Source: Octopus bimaculoides (Eukaryota). Taken from it: 64,000 nt of DNA. A model generated the notes under the pieces. That model saw only the letters and a program-made list of their open reading frames with translations, had not been told where the DNA came from and searched no databases. How positions within the stretch are numbered: the stretch's first letter is position 1; the number at the start of each line of letters is the position of its first letter. The position numbers and the translations under genes were made by a program. This document shows, piece after piece, positions 55,922 through 64,000 of the stretch. The DNA lies in assembly GCF_001194135.2 (NCBI RefSeq), contig NC_068992.1, positions 47,714,596 through 47,778,595 on the forward strand, given 5' to 3'.

Positions 55922-56457
55922 TATGGAATAACGACAGAAAAAAGATGGTATAAACACACGCCAGAAAAGGTCACAGAAAACGAGAAAGCAACAATACTCT
56001 GGGATATGCCAATACACACAGATAGAGAAATTAAGGCAAATAGACCAGATATAGTTGTCAAAGATCATGAAGAAAAAAAATGCTTTCTAATTGATGTATC
56101 AATACCAGCAGATGACAATGTTTCCCTAAAAGAAATGGAAAAACTTTCAAAATACAAAGACCTGGAAATAGAGGTAACTCGAATATGGAATCTAAAAACA
56201 GAAACAATTCCTATCATAGTAGGTGCCTTAGGTATAATAAAAAGATATTCAGACAAATACATAACAAAAACACCAGGGCTTACAAATATATATAACACAG
56301 AAAATTGCACTACTGGGCACTGCACACATCCTACGCAAAACACTTTCAATACAGTAACCATAAGAGCATCACAGCAAACCACAGCACATACCCAAGGCAC
56401 ACAGAGCTGCGCTCAGTAGTGAAGTGAAAGCACGTTATAAAAATAAAACTACTGAAC
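55922..56457 (+). mobile_element. R4/Dong-like non-LTR retrotransposon, 5'-truncated, with the endonuclease domain
   Basis: Encodes YGITTEKRWYKHTPEKVTENEKATILWDMPIHTDREIKANRPDIVVKD..LIDVSIP.D..KEMEKLSKYKDL (RPD..D..K.KY restriction-like endonuclease motif). A 2-nt deletion shifts the frame near 56295. Flanked by (AAT)n. Confidence 0.9.
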
Positions 56458-56854
56458 AATAATAATAATAATAATCTCAAATTTTAGCCCAAGGCTAGCA
56501 ATTTTAGGGGAGGGATAAGTAAAATTACATCAACACCAGCGTTCAACTGGTACTTATTTTATCAACAGAATTTTAACTCAGGATATAAAGACAGATGAAA
56601 TACCACTAGGTATTTTGCCCAACATACTAGCAATTTAGCCAGCTTGTCACCTTAATAACAAACATTTCAAATTTTGGCACAAAGCTAGCAATTTCAGGGG
56701 AGGGATAAGTCGATTCCGTCGACCCCAGTGTTCAACTGACACTTACTTTATCAACCCCGAAAGGGCAGATGTCTTCTACTATAGCCTAGGGCTGACAAAA
56801 GCCTTGTGGATGGATTTAGTAGATGGAAACTGAAAGAAGTTTGTTGTATATATG

Positions 56855-56909
<55 letters not shown>

Positions 56910-57169
56910 ATATGTTTGTGCGTCTGTGTTTGTCTCCCAACATCGCTTGGCAACCGATGCTGGTGTGTTTACGTCCCCTGTAACTTAGCAGTTCGGCAAA
57001 AGTGACCGATAGAATAAATACTAGGCTTACAAAGAATAAGTCCTTGGGTCGATTTCTTCGACTAAACGTGGTGCTCCAGCAAGGCCACAGTCAAATGACT
57101 GAAACAAGTGAAGGAGAGAGAGAGTTAAAAGAGAAACTCTAAGATCATACATTTTTGCAATTCTATATT

Positions 57170-57420
57170 ATACAGAGTGGATACCAAAGAAATTGGAAAA
57201 CTTCAGAAATATCAGAACCGAGCCAGAGATTATGGAAAACAAAAATAACAATGGTTCCTACGATAGTTGGTACACTTGGCACAACACCCAAACTGCTTCC
57301 TAAGAGACTGAAAGAAATTGGAATTGAGACTAGTATTGACAACCTACAGAAAAATACCAGCATTCTGCAAATATGTTAAGAAAGATTCTTGAGATGTGAG
57401 AATAGTTGTCACCAAATCCC
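57170..57420 (+). mobile_element. Second, divergent restriction-like-endonuclease LINE 3' fragment
   Basis: Encodes RLWKTKITMVPTIVGTLGTTPKLLPKRLKEIGIETSIDNLQK, homologous to the W..KT..IPIIVGALG segment, followed by an (AAT)n tail. Confidence 0.65.
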
Positions 57421-57738
57421 CAGACAGCATCCCTGCTAACTAAAGTAGCTTTATAATAATAATAATATTAATAATAATAATAATAATAATAGTAGTAGTA
57501 GTAATAATAATCCTTTCTACTATAGGCACAAGGTCTGAAATTTGGTGGAAGGGAGCCAGTTGATTAGATCAACCCTGGTATGTAATTGGTACTTAATTTA
57601 TTGACTCCAAAAGGATGAAAGGCAAAGTTGACCTCAGTGGAATTTGAACTCAGAACGTAAAGATGGGAAAAATGCCACTAAGCATTATACCCAGAATGCT
57701 AACAATTCTACCAGTTTGCCACCTGAATAATAATAATG

Positions 57739-57787
<49 letters not shown>

Positions 57788-58352
57788 TGATGATAATAAT
57801 AATCCTTTTTATTATAAGCACAAAACCTTAAATATTTGGGGAGGCTGCTAGTTGAGTACATCAACCCCAGTACTTCAATGTTATTTATTTTATCATTACC
57901 AAAAGGATGGAAAGCAAAGTCAACTTTGGCAGAATTTGAACTTGAAATGTAAAGCCAGAAGAAATGCTGGAAAGCACTTTTTCCGGCATGCTAACAATGA
58001 ATAATAATAATAATGGTAAAGTGTCTATCTGTAGATTGTATACAATCTGGCTAGAATATGTGATGAGGACAACACTGAAAATGATGCAGTCCCTTTAAAT
58101 GAAGATTGCATTTCTTAGATAAACAGATGCTCTCCTTGCCTCTGTTTATCTACATCTATTTATTTATTTTCCTGTCTCCCAGTAGTTTGAACTAACGTCC
58201 CCCCCCCACCCCACCAGTTTGACCTCTATGGCACCAACAACACTCATTTGGGGACCTGCTGCTACTTGCAGTGCTCCAGCATGGGCTGCAGTCTAATGAC
58301 TGAAACAAGTTAAAGATGAAGGATAAAAAAAATTCATACATACATACATACA

Positions 58353-58568
58353 TGAAGGAGTGCTGCAAAGTTCCTGGTTTTAGGTAAAAGAAAATACAGG
58401 TGGGACAGATAATTATGATTTTATTCAAAATATTCTCCTCCCAGATTCACATACCTATTGCAATGGTTCTTCAGTTTTTCAAAGCGCTATAAAAGAACTT
58501 GGAAGGCTGGGCCTCCAACCAGGCCTTTTGCAATATCCTTAATGCAAAAATATTTTCAGCAGCCCCTC
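58353..58568 (-). mobile_element. Mariner-derived MITE / internal-deletion element
   Basis: Imperfect TIRs tgaaggagtgctgcaaagttcc and the reverse complement tgaggggctgctgaaaa. The minus strand keeps a mariner-like C-terminus, FEKLKNHCNRYVNLGGEYFE*. Confidence 0.7.
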
Positions 58569-58617
58569 ATATATACAGATACAAAGACATGCACATATAT
58601 TCACACACGCACACATG

Positions 58618-58653
<36 letters not shown>

Positions 58654-60131
58654 TACACTCACAATACACGTCTTCATGTGTACTTACTTGGTTTAGTTTT
58701 TTCCCTCACTGGGTTATCTGTAAAAGAAAGCAAAATAATGGAGTTCTGTGAGAATGAGTAGAAGGCGAAGAAGAAGAAGAAGAAAAGTACAAAGTAACTG
58801 AATCAACCATTGGCATAAAATCACAGTCGCATAAAATAGCTGAAGGGAAATAATTGATACAAAAACAGAAATAATTGATAAAAATGGCAAAATGTTTTGG
58901 CCCAAAGGATTTCAGATGGGCAAAATATGCAGAAAATGGTTTCTATAATTCAAAGAATCAAAGTACATGACATTGTTTAACTCTTTCGTTCTTTTTCTTT
59001 TTTTCTTTTGCTGCAGAACCATTATTGTTTTAAAGGTTAAATGTAAATGTAATTCAATTTCCTTTGTTGATTTAGGCATGCATATAACCATATTATACAT
59101 ATATACACATACATATATAAATATATTTATATATATATATACAAATATATATGTTTATATACATATATAAATATATTTATATATATATATACAAATATAT
59201 ATGTTTATATATATATATATAATATATACAAATATATATGTTCATATATATATATATAATATATACAAATATATATATATATNNNNNNNNNNNNNNNNNN
59301 NNNNNNNNNNNNNNNNNNNNNNNNNNNNNNNNNNNNNNNNNNNNNNNNNNNNNNNNNNNNNNNNNNNNNNNNNNNNNNNNNNNNNNNNNNNNNNNNNNNN
59401 NNNNNNNNNNNNNNNNNNNNNNNNNNNNNNNNNNNNNNNNNNNNNNNNNNNNNNNNNNNNNNNNNNNNNNNNNNNNNNNNNNNNNNNNNNNNNNNNNNNN
59501 NNNNNNNNNNNNNNNNNNNNNNNNNNNNNNNNNNNNNNNNNNNNNNNNNNNNNNNNNNNNNNNNNNNNNNNNNNNNNNNNNNNNNNNNNNNNNNNNNNNN
59601 NNNNNNNNNNNNNNNNNNNNNNNNNNNNNNNNNNNNNNNNNNNNNNNNNNNNNNNNNNNNNNNNNNNNNNNNNNNNNNNNNNNNNNNNNNNNNNNNNNNN
59701 NNNNNNNNNNNNNNNNNNNNNNNNNNNNNNNNNNNNNNNNNNNNNNNNNNNNNNNNNNNNNNNNNNNNNNNNNNNNNNNNNNNNNNNNNNNNNNNNNNNN
59801 NNNNNNNNNNNNNNNNNNNNNNNNNNNNNNNNNNNNNNNNNNNNNNNNNNNNNNNNNNNNNNNNNNNNNNNNNNNNNNNNNNNNNNNNNNNNNNNNNNNN
59901 NNNNNNNNNNNNNNNNNNNNNNNNNNNNNNNNNNNNNNNNNNNNNNNNNNNNNNNNNNNNNNNNNNNNNNNNNNNNNNNNNNNNNNNNNNNNNNNNNNNN
60001 NNNNNNNNNNNNNNNNNNNNNNNNNNNNNNNNNNNNNNNNNNNNNNNNNNNNNNNNNNNNNNNNNNNNNNNNNNNNNNNNNNNAATAATAACCAAAGTAC
60101 AGAAAACACACAAGCCACATAGAGAACATTT

Positions 60132-60201
60132 TCCTTCATCAGCTACCCCCGTTTTAACACCGGCGTTTCGAAGAGCTGGGCAGGACGCATCGTTAAAATG
60201 G
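60132..60201 (-). ncRNA. Candidate rearranged (non-circularly permuted) hammerhead ribozyme, copy 1
   Basis: Minus-strand RNA: CCAUUUUAACGAU-GCGU-C-CUGCCC-AGCUC-UUC-GAA-ACGC-CGGUGUUAAAACGG-GGGUAG-CUGAUGA-A-GGA. The core is complete, but GUC and GAAA lie 5' of CUGAUGA. The predicted cut is after 60184. Confidence 0.6.
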
Positions 60202-60881
60202 TTCTTCCCATGGACCGCAAATTAAATTTGTATACAAAAATTAAACCTGTGCCATGGAAGAATGTAGTGGCGGACAAAAAACAAGACAGGAAAACAAACG
60301 GAAAAGGCTTTGTGGCCAGACGTGGAAAATTATGTGTATATGAACGCTGTGAGGCATGAACTGAAAGCCGGGACGAAGTAAGTTCGCGTGCTTGCTCGGC
60401 GACAGCCAAGGAAGAAAAGGATTAGTGACTGGAAGCATGTGACCAGGGTAAGGAAGAGAGAGAGTGGTAGAGGTAGAAACAAGGGGAGGAAGTAGAAGAA
60501 TAGGTGAGCAACGAGAGAGAGAGAGAGAGAGGAAGAGAGAAATATAGTAGTGACAGAAGGAAGAACGAGAGGGGAAAGAGAGATACGTAGTAGTCACAGA
60601 GGAAGAACGAGAGGGGGAAAAAGTGAAAGAGAAAGAGATAGAGTCGCGTCAGAAAATATAAAGTTGAAAAAACTACTTACAACAGGAATGACGCAGGCAT
60701 TCGGTCATGTTAAACAAATAATAAATGAGTATATGCATATATACGTACAGGTATGTGCATACCTACGTCTACCTGTACATATAGGTGCATATCTGGGTAC
60801 AGGACATTGCAAACAAAACGTAGACAAGAAAATAATAATAACCAGAGTACAGAAAACACACAAGCCACATAGAGAACATTT

Positions 60882-60951
60882 TCCTTCATCAGCTACCCCA
60901 ATTTTAACACCAGCGTTTCGAAGAGCTGGGCAGGACGCATCGTTAAAATGG
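60882..60951 (-). ncRNA. Candidate rearranged hammerhead ribozyme, copy 2
   Basis: Same core and stems as copy 1. The three differences (60900, 60901, 60912) all fall in the linker. The predicted cut is after 60934. Confidence 0.6.
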
Positions 60952-62064
60952 TTCTTCCCATGGACCGCAAATTAAATTTGTATACATAAATTAGTGGTAG
61001 AGGTAGAAACAAGGGGAGGAAGTAGAAGAATAGGTGAGCAACGAGAGAGAGAGAGAGAGAGGAAGAGAGAAATATAGTAGTGACAGAAGGAAGAACGAGA
61101 GGGGTAAAGNNNNNNNNNNNNNNNNNNNNNNNNNNNNNNNNNNNNNNNNNNNNNNNNNNNNNNNNNNNNNNNNNNNNNNNNNNNNNNNNNNNNNNNNNNN
61201 NNNNNNNNNNNNNNNNNNNNNNNNNNNNNNNNNNNNNNNNNNNNNNNNNNNNNNNNNNNNNNNNNNNNNNNNNNNNNNNNNNNNNNNNNNNNNNNNNNNN
61301 NNNNNNTATATATATATATATATGTATATATATATGAATATTAATTTTAAATAAAAATACTCTCTAACTGGTAAATTAGCTGCTGAAATTTATTAACTGC
61401 AGAGTTATTTCTAGCTTCAGCGTGCCAAAATGAAGACATTTGAAAAATACACCCAAATATAATTTGTAGAACTTTATACATGCTCTATTTCGTTTGAGAG
61501 TTCTGTATCTAGTTCTGGAAATTTGCGTTTTGTAAGCGACAGACCATACTGACGATCTTGCAGATATTTGCGTATTTACATTTCATTCAGGGTTGCCCCT
61601 CTCAGGTAAATCTCGACAAGAGTCAACAAACTCAAAACATCGATGTTTCATATTCCAGAGTGAGGTCAACACCGAACGAATGGGGTGTTTTCACACCTTC
61701 TTACCATAAGAGAGAATTTTTCTCCATGGTAACTTCAGTGTATCTGCCTTTAGTAGTTGAAATATGTGACAAACATTTTTCAACTGACCTAAATTGTGAT
61801 TATACGTAAACACTGCTTAGCGCATTTACTCTGATATATATACATATGTATATGTATATATATACACACACAGACACTGATATGTAAAAATTCGACACAC
61901 ATACGCCTGCATGTCTATATATTCATATATGTCTGATCAAATGAACAAGTCAGCAAATGTGTTACTAAAGACAAAAGTTTAAAAAATGAATAACAGAGTA
62001 ATGAATAAATGGTGCAAAGTTCATTACAGGAGCAGAACAAAAGTATAAGAAATATATATATATA

Positions 62065-62280
62065 CATCATCATCATCATTGTTTAACGTCCACTTTACAT
62101 GCTAGCATGGGTTGGACGATTTGACTGAGGACTGGTGAACCAGATGGCTACACCAGGTTCCAATCTGATTTGGCAGAGTTTCTACAGCTGGATGCCCTTC
62201 CTAACACCAACCACTCCGAGGGTGTAGTGGGTGCTTTTACATGCCACCGGCACGAAGGCCAGTCAGGCGGTACTGGTAAC
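62065..62280. mobile_element. SINE-like repeat (family B)
   Basis: Colinear with 1790..1985 and carries the gccagtcaggcggtactgg motif once, without amplification. Confidence 0.8.
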
Positions 62281-63508
62281 ATACATATATAACAATACAT
62301 GTAAGAATTTGGGACAATACTTCCTCTGTTCATGAGTGATGATACTATAAAATGCAATACTTAGAAATGGTAGCAGTTTATGCTTTGTTATGTGTAGCCT
62401 ACATCTATGTTGTTGGGGGTTGACATATAAATGTTGATGCCAGAAGGCTTGTGGAGTCAGAACTGGAGCCAGATGCAATTATTGGATTAGTTGAGTCAGA
62501 ATCAAAACATCTTTACTGACTCTGACTCAATTTAAAATAGAAATATAATGCAAGAAGATTTCAGATTCTACAGATATTATTTTGAGTCTTTTCTCTGCTA
62601 AAAACAATCAAATCAGATTTAAAGGTTTCTATGGGAGTGGATCAGGTAGAGCCAATTCTGTTTCAACAAGAAAAAAGAAAAAAGAAAAGAAAAAAAAAGA
62701 AAACAAGATGTTAGTAAATTCTGGATCTGGATTTTTTTTTATTTAACCCCTACTGTATAGATAGAGCGTTTCTGTAATAAATTTTGGAGCGATAAACTTT
62801 TCAATGTTTTACAATATAATTTTTTTAATGTCCTTGAGTGTAATCTTTCATAATACATTCACTTAAATTTTATATTCCAACATTGCTTTAATCTCAGAAA
62901 GGAAGGGTTATGATCTAATTGAGTTTATTTCTTTTTAAAATGGCCATTTGTTTAAGTGGCTTTAAGTGTTCAATGTTTTTTTGTTTTAACTTTGATGTAC
63001 TTTAGATTTTTGAAACAGTGAAGATTGTATTTTGTAGTGTTTTTAAAGTTTATTTCTTTTATATCTTTTTACTTTATTGCCATTTAATGAAAACAGCCTC
63101 TTCATTTTAATTTTAATTTTAAAGGGTTTGCCTTGCACTTAACTGTTTGTAACGACTTTAATAAATAAAATATAAAGGCCACAACTGTATAGCCTTAACC
63201 TTTACATATAAGTCTTGATAGGCTGTAATGCTAAAAAGTACCCAGATCGTTCACATTGGTCATTTATGTTGTGTGTTTTTAATAAACATAAGAAATATGT
63301 AATTAGTTTAACTACAAATAGAGGAGTTGGACTCGAAGTCAATCATACTGTAAATAGAAGGGTCAGCGTCGGAGACAAATGTTTTCTGTTCCGACTCCTA
63401 AGCCCTGAATGCAATGTTAAATGAATTCATATTTGATTGCATGGCAGCTTATAAAGACACTGTGTAGCTGTAACCTCAAGTAGGGGTCTACTGTGATGTC
63501 ATGTTCAT

Positions 63509-63728
63509 CCCTTTAGCATTTAAACTACCCATATCAGGCCCAAATATTCTATCTGTTTTATATTCAAACCAGCCACATTTAGCCTCAGAAACCTACTCTG
63601 CAATGTCATTCTGAAAATAAACAACCACAGTATCAACATTTTGAAGTTATGAGATAATGCATGATTAATTCAAAACAGAGTGAATGAATAATTACTACAT
63701 GCAAAAGAGTAATTTGAATATTAAAGAG
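63509..63728. mobile_element. piggyBac-like MITE
   Basis: ccctttagcatt ... aatattaaagag|TTAA, colinear with 34551..34770. Confidence 0.65.
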
Positions 63729-64000
63729 TTAAAGATCACAACAGTTTGCTTCATCGCATTGTAAGAGGATACTGCACCTCTCCTCCAACTTCTACTCTCA
63801 CCAATATTCAACCCTCGAAAAACCGAGTCTCACCTGACCTACACTCTTGTTATACTCAAGTGAACTAGCCAACCACTTTACACTGAGCAACAAAACCCTA
63901 ACCTTACCACATGGTTCTGCAGCATCTGTAGATACATTCCCCCCAAATAAATTCTGCCTGATCCATGCAGCACGGAAAAAGTGGATGCTTAAAAAGAAAC

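Larger units (their letters stand above)
60084..61109 (-). mobile_element. Non-coding tandem element with ~150-bp direct repeats 750 nt apart (Penelope-pLTR- or retrozyme-like)
   Basis: 60084..60235 is repeated at 60834..60985 with an offset of exactly 750. 60992..61109 repeats about 60463..60577. It is CpG-rich relative to the surroundings, has no credible ORF, and both ends fall in N gaps. Confidence 0.65.

Noticed and set aside
55864-56068. N-terminal extension of the 172-aa ORF, including an LLLLLL stretch resembling a signal peptide or TM helix
   Set aside because: It is the antisense of the R4/Dong-like fragment plus the (TTA)n repeat, upstream of a clear AG acceptor at 55864..55865, so it is intronic.
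59177-60139. ~300-aa ORFs in several frames
   Set aside because: They are almost entirely X residues from an 800-bp N gap.

Overview
AT-rich, repeat-dense animal genomic DNA from a gapped draft assembly. The SINE/MITE families and the (TA)n, (CA)n and (AAT)n load look like an octopod cephalopod (my recognition, not a database result). Only one host coding exon is well supported: a 291-nt, phase 1-1 exon on the minus strand (55573..55863) encoding a complete Ig domain resembling DPR/DIP/ZIG-8/lachesin-type cell-surface proteins. Most of the window is therefore probably intron of, or flanks, one large minus-strand gene. Almost all other ORFs in the track are microsatellite or gap artefacts. The rest is SINEs, MITEs (hAT, mariner, piggyBac-like, foldback) and LINE fragments (RTE, CR1, R4/Dong-like). 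The most interesting signal is RNA-level. A hammerhead-ribozyme core whose strands are in a rearranged, non-circularly permuted order occurs twice, exactly 750 nt apart, on the minus strand (60132..60201 and 60882..60951) in a non-coding, retrozyme/Penelope-like tandem unit. There is also an intact canonical type-I hammerhead (43204..43262) and decayed hammerhead cores. All structures were folded by eye and need computational and in vitro confirmation.
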